DNA from: Candidatus Heimdallarchaeota archaeon
GTDB lineage: Archaea > Asgardarchaeota > Heimdallarchaeia > Heimdallarchaeales > Kariarchaeaceae
Assembly: GCA_030149205.1 (NCBI GenBank)
Contig: JASBSB010000007.1
Location: 180,001 to 212,000, forward strand
Length of the DNA stretch: 32,000 bases
Direction: 5' to 3'
In this document: positions 1-8,471 of the stretch, piece by piece
Position numbering within the stretch: the stretch's first letter is position 1
Layout of the letters: the number at the start of each line of letters is the position of its first letter
The notes under the pieces: generated by a model
Databases searched by the model: none
What the model saw: only the letters and a program-made list of their open reading frames with translations
Told to the model about the DNA's origin: nothing
Made by a program: the position numbers and the translations under genes

Positions 1-1971
1 ACATCGACGATGTGATAGTGCAATTATAACTTCATCCAATAGTTCTGCCTTTCTTAATTCATTTCTGATTCCTCTCGCTTGACTAAGAGGGAACAATCCA
101 TGACGTGCTGGTCTAATTCTTCTACTTTTGGCCTTTTCAGGTCTTCCCATCCTTGCACCCATAGTTGTTCCCATAACATCTAAGACTATTAACTCAGAAT
201 GCTGTTGGATAAGATCAAGCCCATCTTTAAATTCTATGTTTTGAATCTTTGTATCTGGCCTTAGTTGTGCTAAAAAGGTCAACTGATACTCAACAAAAAT
301 TCTGTTGTTAGTAATTTTATACAAAGTTAATGATTTATCAAGAATACTTAGAATTTCATCATTTACTGGAGGGTTCTCTTCATTAAAATAATAATGCAGC
401 TTTTGAACCTCTTCTTGTGACAAATATTTCCAAGCGACAAGATATTTAGGATGTAAAGGTATATTTAATTCATTTGAAATTTTAATTGCTTCTTCTTCAT
501 CTGGGGAATGATCCAGCAGCTCTTTCATAAAAGTTGATTTTTTGTAATTAAGTTTAAAATAATCATTGTTTTTTGATCTTAAAATCTGATACCACCATTC
601 TTCAGTAAATCCTGATGGAACTAATCGATAGTTATTCTGAACAAATTCTCCAAATCCAATTAATAAATCACCAACAAATAATATCTTTTCAATTTTTGGG
701 AAAATTTGAACTGCTTTTTCATAACTTGTAACCTCAATTACATCACCTGAGGACAGTTTGACAATTGGTGGTCTAATAGTATCAACAGGTGTGACAATAG
801 AACCTTTTCCCGGTCTTTCTGTTCTTACATGAGTTCCTGGGGCTAAAAAATCATTTAAAACTCCAAAAGTTGCTGGGTGAATTCCTATAGCTGCAATTCC
901 AGTATTTCTTGAATGACCATACCTAACACGAAATCCTCCGGGTTGAGTTGCACCTGAAAAGATTGGTCTTCCCGAAATAGCATCCGATAGGAATGAAAAA
1001 TCTGGGTTAACAACATATTCTCCTTTATTGACATTTTTCTTTTTGGAATTTTTAAAAGTGCTGTATTTCCCAGCTGCGATCTCTTCTATCCACTCCCAAC
1101 CCTCTAAATTAAGCTTTCTGATTCTCTTGAGTAATTTTTTTGCCCTTCCAACAACACCATCATTTAGTACAAGGCAGGCTCCTCCCCTCAGTCTGTTTGT
1201 TTCCATTGATTCAATATTTCTATATCCACTAACTTCTTCTTTCTCAGTGGGGTCACCTGAAATCATAACTGGTAGATTTTTCCAGGTGAATAGTATTTCT
1301 TTATCACTCGTAGGTAACTGAAGATGAACTTTTGAATTATATGCTCTTACCTCTTCTAGCATTCTTTGAGCTTCTGAATCACTGGATTTATATCTCTCAA
1401 GCCCTAACGTTTTTCTCACATGATCTGCAATTAAAATTGATACACCCTGGGCAGTCCCCCCAGCGGATCTAATTGGACCAGAAAAATAAATAACAAGATA
1501 GTTTGACCCATCTGGGTTGGATTTAATACTAACTCTTGAGATCCCTTCAATGGGAGCTGCAGTTATTCCCTCAGTTTGAACTGATAAGGCTGTACGAATC
1601 GCTTGCTCAGCAAGAATCTGAGGAGAACCATTTTCAAATTTCCCCTGAGCTATCTCTTCAGCTATTTTCAAAACAATTTTGTCTTTAGGTAACCGCTCAA
1701 CAAATTCCATCTCCCGGAGTCTTTTCGCTACATTTTTAGGCCCTACTAAACCCTCTGTCCTTGAAGCAACATCTTCAGCTCTATAAATCTCTACGTCATC
1801 TGTGGGATCCAATCTCTTTGCTCTGGCTAACTCAGCCACTTTATGAGCCTCATCTACCAAGCTTTCCAATTTTTGGTGATAGGGAAATTTGTTTGAAAGA
1901 TCTTGAAAAGAATGTTTTTTCACCAATCTTTTCTCATTTGAGTTATCTTTCTCAATACTTGGTATCGACAC
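1..1971 (-). CDS. polC: DNA polymerase II (PolD) large subunit DP2, 5' part; truncated by the window edge and missing from the ORF track
   Basis: Manual minus-strand translation gives DP2 motifs: AHKVAELARAKRLDPT, RTALSVQTEGITAAPIEGI, YFSGPIRSAGGTAQ and GARMGRPEKAK. Likely GTG start at 1971 (TTG at 1980 is an alternative); in-frame stop just upstream. Confidence 0.95.
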   Translation of the reverse strand, partial: MSIPSIEKDNSNEKRLVKKHSFQDLSNKFPYHQKLESLVDEAHKVAELARAKRLDPTDDVEIYRAEDVASRTEGLVGPKNVAKRLREMEFVERLPKDKIVLKIAEEIAQGKFENGSPQILAEQAIRTALSVQTEGITAAPIEGISRVSIKSNPDGSNYLVIYFSGPIRSAGGTAQGVSILIADHVRKTLGLERYKSSDSEAQRMLEEVRAYNSKVHLQLPTSDKEILFTWKNLPVMISGDPTEKEEVSGYRNIESMETNRLRGGACLVLNDGVVGRAKKLLKRIRKLNLEGWEWIEEIAAGKYSTFKNSKKKNVNKGEYVVNPDFSFLSDAISGRPIFSGATQPGGFRVRYGHSRNTGIAAIGIHPATFGVLNDFLAPGTHVRTERPGKGSIVTPVDTIRPPIVKLSSGDVIEVTSYEKAVQIFPKIEKILFVGDLLIGFGEFVQNNYRLVPSGFTEEWWYQILRSKNNDYFKLNYKKSTFMKELLDHSPDEEEAIKISNELNIPLHPKYLVAWKYLSQEEVQKLHYYFNEENPPVNDEILSILDKSLTLYKITNNRIFVEYQLTFLAQLRPDTKIQNIEFKDGLDLIQQHSELIVLDVMGTTMGARMGRPEKAKSRRIRPARHGLFPLSQARGIRNELRKAELLDEVIIALSHRRC

Positions 1972-2078
1972 TAAAAACAACCTGTGAATAAATATTTATC
2001 TGCTTTGCTTAAGGAGAATAAATTAAACTTGTGCTGATGGAAATTAAATTATAAGTGAATTAAATAATTAAAGATAGG

Positions 2079-2765
2079 TTGAGCAGATTCTCTGAAATCC
2101 ATAAGTTAATTTTATCTTACAACAAGATTCATGAGAGTTACAATAGGAAGAAACAGGATTCTTGGACCGAATTAATAGATTCTGTGGAAGAATTATCACA
2201 TTCAAAGCCTGGAATTCTTTTGGATGTGGGTTCAGGAAATGGAAGAAACTTAAAGAAATTAAATCGAACATTAGTTATTGCTGTAGATAGTTCGGAGAGT
2301 TTGTTACGTGGATTTGTTGGGAATTTAGATATTTCAAATAGAGTAGTAGGAGTTCTCCCTTTACTTCCATTTAGAAAAAATGCTCTAGATGAGGTTTTCA
2401 CCATTGCTGTCATACATCATTTGCCAACACAAGAAGCCAGAAAGAACTCATTCAAAAATATAGATGCAGTAATGCTTCCAAGGGGAAGATTAACTGTAAC
2501 ATTATGGAGAAAATGGAGACCAGGTCTTAAGAAAAAACTTCTGAAAAGGATTCGAGAACATAAACCGATCGACGACTTGGTAAATCATTCAAGACCTTGG
2601 AAAGATTCGAAGGGTAATATACTTGCAAATAGATTCTATCATTATTACACCTTTAGAGAGGTCTTGGAAGAAGTTAAGGAATCGAATTTTAAAATTGAGA
2701 AGAGGGTCTTGATGGGGGGAAAATTTAACAATGACAATTTTCTGATAGTTTTCAAGAAAGAGTGA
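2079..2765 (+). CDS. Class I SAM-dependent methyltransferase, Trm9/ALKBH8-like (putative tRNA cm5U34 methyltransferase)
   Basis: LLDVGSGNGRN (motif I), IAVIHHLPTQEAR, RPW and RFYHYY match Trm9-family signatures (DVGCGNG, IAVVHH-T-ERR, VPW, RYYH). TTG start. Confidence 0.75.
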   Translation: MSRFSEIHKLILSYNKIHESYNRKKQDSWTELIDSVEELSHSKPGILLDVGSGNGRNLKKLNRTLVIAVDSSESLLRGFVGNLDISNRVVGVLPLLPFRKNALDEVFTIAVIHHLPTQEARKNSFKNIDAVMLPRGRLTVTLWRKWRPGLKKKLLKRIREHKPIDDLVNHSRPWKDSKGNILANRFYHYYTFREVLEEVKESNFKIEKRVLMGGKFNNDNFLIVFKKE

Positions 2766-2770
2766 TACAC

Positions 2771-2787
2771 AAGAAAGCGTATATAAA
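2771..2787 (+). promoter_or_regulatory. Putative BRE + TATA box for the DUF106 gene
   Basis: AAGAAAGCG-TATATAAA; the TATA element begins 36 nt upstream of the ATG at 2816. Confidence 0.5.
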
Positions 2788-2815
2788 ATTAAAATAGAAT
2801 TTAACTTATATAGTT

Positions 2816-4255
2816 ATGAAATTTAAAATATATTTTCTCTTATCTGTGTTAATTATTTTTTTGATCCCTTTAAATTCAACTGCCTCTTCTTCATCTTTTA
2901 AACAAAGCAACATTGGGGTTTATGAATTAACGAACTTGCAAACCACCTTTTCAATAAATGTATCATTTTTATCAGCACAAAAATATAATCTAACTATAGT
3001 TAAAACCAATATCTACGAGGAAGTATTGCCAATTTTAACAGGAACATTCAACAGGTCATTGAATCCCATGATAGTTAAAACTACAGAGCTGTTCGGAACC
3101 AACTACACAAAATTATCAGTTGATAACAATTCATACTCTATGCTGTATTTGGTGGTTTATGGCACAAATGGTTTCAAATCAGACTTAATCAAGATACAGT
3201 CAAATGTAAGTATAAAATTAACTAATTTCAAAAATTACTTTTACTCAGAATCAAATTTTGACTCGTTTCATGGAAATTTATTGAAGATACCCCAGAACAC
3301 TTCAGCTAAAAAGGAAAGTGCCTATAGATCCTATTCTATCACATTAAAATCTGGAAACAACATGAGCTTTTATCTAAAGACATTTGGAGCAAATATGACA
3401 TTCGTGGTAACAAAGGATGATAATGTTTTTTCAGCTGATAATTTTTATCTTAATTTGAATAAATTGAATTTGACAAATGTATCTAGCGTAATAATGACTG
3501 TCCCCTCAAATAACAACACATTGGTAATTAACATTCAAAATCCAAATCAATCGGATATGAAGCTAAAATTTTATGTGTTCTTAAATCCAGATAATCAGCC
3601 AAACAAAGAATATCGATTTGTTTTGTATTCAAATGTCCTGTTGGATCATGATTTAAGAGAGGATTGGTACAATGGGTGGATTATCCCACTCCTGAAACAT
3701 AATCCAGCTGCAAATGCACCTTGGGCAGGTATTTTCCTTGTGATTGTGTCAATAGGAAGTGCTCTGCTTTCATATGGAGTCTCGGCGAAATTCTTAGATC
3801 TTGATGATTTAAATAAATCTCAAGAGAGAGTGAACAAGTTTAACAAATTGAAAAAGAAAGCTAAAGACACAGCCGATAAGAAGCTCTGGCATAAAGTACA
3901 ATCTGAGGAAAAGAGAATTCAGTCTATCCAACAAAAAATAATGTTCAAAAGAATGCTTCCCCAATTTGTCTTAATTTTACCATTTATTGCAATCTTTACA
4001 ACTTTAAGAGTGGTAATGGGTGACTATACACTAAACTTAATTCCGGATAGAGGGGCTGTTGTTGCAATTTTACCATTTGATTGGACAAATTTACCATTTA
4101 TTGGCTCATGGTTTAGCTTTTATGTTTTAGATTCAAGACTTACTGCTGTTGGATTTGGTTTCTGGTATTTCTTCAGTGCAATCTTTGGTTCAGTAATCAC
4201 ACAACGTGTTCTAGGAATTAATATTCAAGGTGGAATGCAACCAGCACAGAGATAA
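2816..4255 (+). CDS. EMC3/TMCO1 (DUF106, Oxa1 superfamily) membrane insertase with N-terminal signal peptide and ~270-aa extracellular domain
   Basis: C-terminal ~175 aa show TM1, a Lys-rich coiled coil, TM2 (RMLPQFVLILPF) and TM3 (GFGFWYFFSAIFGS..QRVLG). It lies directly upstream of rpl34e-cmk, the canonical DUF106 position. Confidence 0.85.
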   Translation: MKFKIYFLLSVLIIFLIPLNSTASSSSFKQSNIGVYELTNLQTTFSINVSFLSAQKYNLTIVKTNIYEEVLPILTGTFNRSLNPMIVKTTELFGTNYTKLSVDNNSYSMLYLVVYGTNGFKSDLIKIQSNVSIKLTNFKNYFYSESNFDSFHGNLLKIPQNTSAKKESAYRSYSITLKSGNNMSFYLKTFGANMTFVVTKDDNVFSADNFYLNLNKLNLTNVSSVIMTVPSNNNTLVINIQNPNQSDMKLKFYVFLNPDNQPNKEYRFVLYSNVLLDHDLREDWYNGWIIPLLKHNPAANAPWAGIFLVIVSIGSALLSYGVSAKFLDLDDLNKSQERVNKFNKLKKKAKDTADKKLWHKVQSEEKRIQSIQQKIMFKRMLPQFVLILPFIAIFTTLRVVMGDYTLNLIPDRGAVVAILPFDWTNLPFIGSWFSFYVLDSRLTAVGFGFWYFFSAIFGSVITQRVLGINIQGGMQPAQR

Positions 4256-4339
4256 TTTAAAAGATTTTAATCGAATTTCTGAATCCTAACTAATCGTATT
4301 TAAACGCTAAACTATCAATTTCAATAAGGAGTAATAATA

Positions 4340-4600
4340 ATGGTAAGACCATCTATCAGATCTGGAAAGAGAAAGTTACACAAGTCCATATCCGGCGATT
4401 TCAGCTGGAGAAGTGTACGAAAACAACCAAATTATCACATATGTGCGATTTGTAAAGCAAAGTTACATGGCACACCAACAGGATCTAGAGTTGAGATCCG
4501 TAGGCTTTCAAAAAGCCAAAGAAGCCCTCAAAGGCCTTTTGGTGGACAGCTTTGTTCAAGTTGCACAAGAAACAAGTTCAAATTGAGTGCTAGAAGCTAA
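4340..4600 (+). CDS. rpl34e: 50S ribosomal protein eL34
   Basis: C-x2-C...LHG...SQRSPQRPFGGQLCSSC; AAGGAG SD-like site upstream; precedes cmk. Confidence 0.95.
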   Translation: MVRPSIRSGKRKLHKSISGDFSWRSVRKQPNYHICAICKAKLHGTPTGSRVEIRRLSKSQRSPQRPFGGQLCSSCTRNKFKLSARS

Positions 4601-5150
4601 AAAAATATTTGGTGGTTTTTTGGTTATTATCGCAATTGGTGGTCCACATGGATCTGGAAAATCATCAGTGGCACACCAGCTAGCAAAGAAGCTTAGAATG
4701 AAATATGTTTCAGCAGGACAGGTATTTCGAGAACTAGCAAAAGAATCAAGAATGACATTAAAAGAACTTTCTGTGAAAGCCATTAATGATGAATCTATCG
4801 ATATAGAAATTGATAAACGTACTAAATCTTTGGGGAAAATTGATAATACAATAATTGATGCTCAACTAGCTGCGTTCATGGCTCCCGAGGCAGATTTAAA
4901 GATTTCAATCACTGCTTCTGAAAACCTGAGATGGAAAAGAATAGCTTCTCGAGAAAATTGTTCTTTGGAAGATTCAAAAAATGAGACATTATTACGTGAA
5001 AAAGTTGAACAAGAAAGATTTTTGAAGCTTTATAACATTGATATTAATGATACCTCAGTATATGATGTAATAATTAACACTGATCGAATGCCTCAAGCTG
5101 ATGTTTTAAATCTTATTGAAAGGTTAATTATCTATACTAAAACAAAATAA
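4587..5150 (+). CDS. cmk: Cytidylate kinase (archaeal type)
   Basis: P-loop GGPHGSGKSS, YVSAGQVFRELAK, IDIEIDKR, RWKRIASRE. True start may be the in-frame TTG at 4620, which follows GGTGG. Confidence 0.93.
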   Translation: MLEAKKIFGGFLVIIAIGGPHGSGKSSVAHQLAKKLRMKYVSAGQVFRELAKESRMTLKELSVKAINDESIDIEIDKRTKSLGKIDNTIIDAQLAAFMAPEADLKISITASENLRWKRIASRENCSLEDSKNETLLREKVEQERFLKLYNIDINDTSVYDVIINTDRMPQADVLNLIERLIIYTKTK

Positions 5151-5181
5151 TTCTTTTATCATGATGATATAGGTAAGTATA

Positions 5182-5970
5182 TTGATACAGGAAGCATGGC
5201 TATTTACAAAAGAGGGATTCCCTATTTGGCATTACAGCATGAAGCCAATCCACTACGATGAAAACCTGTTAGGGACATTAATCAGTGCCTTGACTCTCTT
5301 TTCATCAGAGATAAGTGGAGAGAAGATCAAATCTATAGAAATGGGAAATTCAAAATTCTTTGTTTTTACATTTGGAGGGTTAATAACTCTGGCAATTTTT
5401 GGTAATTCCAATAAAATTGATTCTCCTTTGTTGTATAAGATAATTGATAGTATCCAGGAGGCTATCGACCTATTAAAATCAACCTCTGAAATTGATCAGA
5501 GTCTCTTGGACGAGGAGAATCTAAGATTTTACCTTTCAAACCAAATTTTTATGATGGAAAATTGGATGAATAATTCAATTTCAAATTCAAAACCATCGGA
5601 GTTAATAGAGGCTAATTTGTTTGAAGTCACATCAAAGTTGAGCGCGTTAAACTTAAACAAAAAGAAAATCAACCTCGGAATAATATTATTAAAAAACGAA
5701 AAAACCTTCTCAAATATTCTTTATGATGATTCAGATATGAAATCAGATATACAGGATTTAGTCTCCTTGTATTCACAAATATTCAGGGATAAAAACAATA
5801 TCTCTTTACTTCCCCAAATAGTTGAATCAAGAAAATATTGTCTTGGATTCAAAGAATTAAAGAGTGGTTCTTTGCTTATAGTTTTTTGTAAATGGGATGG
5901 AACCGTTGGAAACTCAGTAACCATTAATCAGATAAAGTCTTGGACCAATTTAATAGCTAAACAATTGTAA
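5182..5970 (+). CDS. Longin-like domain protein with a second alpha/beta (possibly roadblock-like) domain
   Basis: N-terminus WLFTKEGFPIW..DENLLGTLISALTLFSSEISGEKIKSIEMG fits the Asgard longin pattern (G-x-P, L-x-x-ISA-x-x-F, I-x-SI); C-terminal domain call is weak. Confidence 0.55.
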   Translation: MIQEAWLFTKEGFPIWHYSMKPIHYDENLLGTLISALTLFSSEISGEKIKSIEMGNSKFFVFTFGGLITLAIFGNSNKIDSPLLYKIIDSIQEAIDLLKSTSEIDQSLLDEENLRFYLSNQIFMMENWMNNSISNSKPSELIEANLFEVTSKLSALNLNKKKINLGIILLKNEKTFSNILYDDSDMKSDIQDLVSLYSQIFRDKNNISLLPQIVESRKYCLGFKELKSGSLLIVFCKWDGTVGNSVTINQIKSWTNLIAKQL

Positions 5971-6189
5971 CTATTTTTCGAATTTAAATGAAATCTTCAC
6001 TCTAATTCTATATAATTTGATTTTTCCATTTTCGACTTTGGCATCCATTTCTTCAACCTTAACAACTCTAAGGTCTCTTAGTGTCTTTGCAGCTTCCTTC
6101 ACTGCATTCTTTGTTGCATCTTCCCAACTGGTTTTCGAAGTTCCGACCAGTTCAATAATTTTGAAACTTGGTAATATTTCTTCATCCAT
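5971..6189 (-). CDS. Dodecin (flavin-binding) family protein
   Basis: KIIELVGTSKTSWEDA..NAV.EA.KTLRDLR..KV......YR...KISF; 72 aa. Confidence 0.92.
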   Translation of the reverse strand: MDEEILPSFKIIELVGTSKTSWEDATKNAVKEAAKTLRDLRVVKVEEMDAKVENGKIKLYRIRVKISFKFEK

Positions 6190-6249
6190 AAATATTCATC
6201 CCCAATTTATTTTTAAATTAGTCATTTTACATACTTTGAATTTGTTAAT

Positions 6250-6534
6250 TTAGTCTTCTAAATTTAGTTCAGGTAGGTCATCTATTGAATCAAAAGACAC
6301 AAATGAATAACTCCCATTTCCTAGAACTACAGTCTTAAACCTCTCAAGATCATTGAAAAATTCCTCGAGGGATGTTTTATTTCTTAAACTTTGAAAATTT
6401 ATATTACCAACAATGATATTTCCACAGGTACAGATTCCACAAAACGCACCAATATTTGCTTTTGTTACAGGTATCTTTAATTTCCACCTAATCGCACACG
6501 AATTACATTCAATTCCAAACTGAATCATATCCAT
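6250..6534 (-). CDS. Small hypothetical protein with putative zinc ribbon
   Basis: CNSC...CGICTCG cysteine pattern; fills the gap between co-oriented genes. Confidence 0.55.
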   Translation of the reverse strand: MDMIQFGIECNSCAIRWKLKIPVTKANIGAFCGICTCGNIIVGNINFQSLRNKTSLEEFFNDLERFKTVVLGNGSYSFVSFDSIDDLPELNLED

Positions 6535-6545
6535 AGTTTAAAAAT

Positions 6546-8129
6546 TCACAGTATCTTTATAATTTTTCGTCTAAGTATAAAGATTGCAAAGAGAGCAGAT
6601 GGTAATAAGATCACTAATAATGGGATGAAAATTTCAGGTGCAAATGGAAATCTGTTATCTTTGATTCTTGGATTTTGATTGAACAAGAACTCGTTTAGAT
6701 TGCTATAACCATCAAGATCAATATCAATCTTAGAGTCACTTGAATTTAAGGGATTTAAATTGTAAGTATATTCCCATCCGTCAGGAATACCATCATTATC
6801 AGAATCTGCCTTTAGGGGGTTTGTATTTATTTGGCCCTCAATACTGTTTATTAACCCATCATTATCTAAATCTTGTAAATCATCAGCTTTCAATAACGGG
6901 TCTAATTTATATTTTATTTCCCAACCATCAGGGGCACCCCCAAAATCTGTATCTGCCAACCTAGGTGATGTACCAATAATAAATTCATTCAGATTGGTTA
7001 AACCGTCATTATCCAGATCCAACTCAGTGTCCCTCAAATTCGGATTGGTTCCAAAAGCAACCTCAGATAAATCATTAATCGAATCTCCATCTGAATCTGG
7101 ATTATCCTTTTGAGTTTGATAATAAGTTTCACTCACATCTGGCAAACCATCATTATCTGAGTCAATTCCATAGTATCTAATTGCCAACCCTCTAAACATA
7201 GTTATTGAGAGAAGAAGTGATTTATCAATAAAGGATATATCCAGAAATTTTCCTTTGGTTTGAATCAAAGTTGATTGATTTTGAAAATAAGAATAAAGAG
7301 AGCCATTGGAGGTTTGAATGAAAGAAGAGTTGCTTCCAAATCGAAAAATTTTCTCAGTTTGAGTAGGAATTTGATAAGACTTGTTACTCTTAAGGATTGT
7401 GGCTAGATGGTTATTCAGATCAAACAGTGTCAGATTGAAATTAAAAAAATTATTAAATTTAAATCCAGAATGACCTATAACTGTGTTATTGGACACATTA
7501 ACTCGAATTGGGTTTAAATCCCCGTACAACCAAATTGAATTATTTGTATGTACAAGTGCATAATTTTGCCATGTATCAATAATAAATAACTTCGACGTCT
7601 TTTTTTCATAGGTAAGCCCATTCCATTTTATTTCTACATTATTTAATCCATCATACCCTTGAATAATCCAACTCCTATTTGAAATGTCGAAATAAGCCTT
7701 TGTATTAATCAAAGTGGAGCTGAGAGTAATTTTATACTCTTTATGTAAGGGTGATTTCCAAATTAATGAAGTAGAGTTAACGTTAGATCCAATAACTAGT
7801 AACTCTGTATTGAATGAAAATGAGTTAACCTGGAAATACACATTATTTAGAATATCAATTGTCATAAATCCATTAACAAAATTTACTATTATAGGTAAGT
7901 TATAGCCATTTATTTTGGAAAGCAAAACAATTTGTGCTCTTCCAATGTTTCCATCGACAGTATAAGGATGAGTTTGTGCACTTGTAATTGGAAACTGTGT
8001 ATCATCAAAATTCCAGACAGATATATCAGGGTCAGGAATTTTAACTTCTGTCAGTCCATTTATCTGTGTGTTTGAATGAGTTGAAAATAAAATAATTATA
8101 AAAAGTAGCAAAGATTTGGCATACTTCAA
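6546..8129 (-). CDS. Secreted, C-terminally membrane-anchored surface protein with DxDxDG calcium-binding repeats (thrombospondin type-3 / binary-toxin-B-like)
   Basis: Signal peptide (KYAK + hydrophobic run), beta-rich N domain, seven DxDxDG-type repeats, C-terminal TM (IFIPLLVILLPSALFAIFIL) plus basic tail. TTG start. Confidence 0.85.
   Translation of the reverse strand: MKYAKSLLLFIIILFSTHSNTQINGLTEVKIPDPDISVWNFDDTQFPITSAQTHPYTVDGNIGRAQIVLLSKINGYNLPIIVNFVNGFMTIDILNNVYFQVNSFSFNTELLVIGSNVNSTSLIWKSPLHKEYKITLSSTLINTKAYFDISNRSWIIQGYDGLNNVEIKWNGLTYEKKTSKLFIIDTWQNYALVHTNNSIWLYGDLNPIRVNVSNNTVIGHSGFKFNNFFNFNLTLFDLNNHLATILKSNKSYQIPTQTEKIFRFGSNSSFIQTSNGSLYSYFQNQSTLIQTKGKFLDISFIDKSLLLSITMFRGLAIRYYGIDSDNDGLPDVSETYYQTQKDNPDSDGDSINDLSEVAFGTNPNLRDTELDLDNDGLTNLNEFIIGTSPRLADTDFGGAPDGWEIKYKLDPLLKADDLQDLDNDGLINSIEGQINTNPLKADSDNDGIPDGWEYTYNLNPLNSSDSKIDIDLDGYSNLNEFLFNQNPRIKDNRFPFAPEIFIPLLVILLPSALFAIFILRRKIIKIL
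6687..7163 (-). repeat. Seven tandem Ca-binding peptide repeats within the surface protein
   Basis: DSDNDGLPD, DSDGDSIND, DLDNDGLTN, DTDFGGAPD, DLDNDGLIN, DSDNDGIPD, DIDLDGYSN; each followed by an E and a T(N/S)P- or L(D/N)P-type motif. Confidence 0.85.
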
Positions 8130-8374
8130 TGTAAGTTAAAATTGATTAAGACATATAATAAAATATCGATTTAATGGAAGGATAATTTAGAATTCATCAA
8201 GATTAGGACATTTAAATATACCTATGTTCATCACACAGAATCACAAAACATATATTTCTATTAAATTCCTATTTGTTTCTCCAATTTCCATTAACTGCTT
8301 ATAGAATTGGTATTAAAAGTTGAAATTATCAACCCTCAACCTCTCTAAATAACAAAATTGTGGTTTTAATTATA

Positions 8375-8396
8375 TTTCCAAAAGAAGTAAGGGGGT
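8375..8396 (+). promoter_or_regulatory. Isolated ORB-like element
   Basis: TTTCCAAAAGAAGTAAGGGGGT matches the element at 11754-11775 (minus) at 15 of 22 positions, including the G-string. Confidence 0.3.
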
Positions 8397-8471
8397 AATC
8401 ACAGAAAATTACGTGAAATCACAAAATTTACACATAAATAGAGTGTATATTAGGTTTAAGTGTGATTATAC

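Noticed and set aside
1028-1321. ORF-track 97-aa ORF (+), and 1761..1991 (+)
   Set aside because: Antisense shadows of polC, whose minus-strand frame carries clear DP2 motifs.
1-1971. Intein in DP2
   Set aside because: No intein signature in the segments I translated; the usual DP2 insertion site is C-terminal, outside the window.
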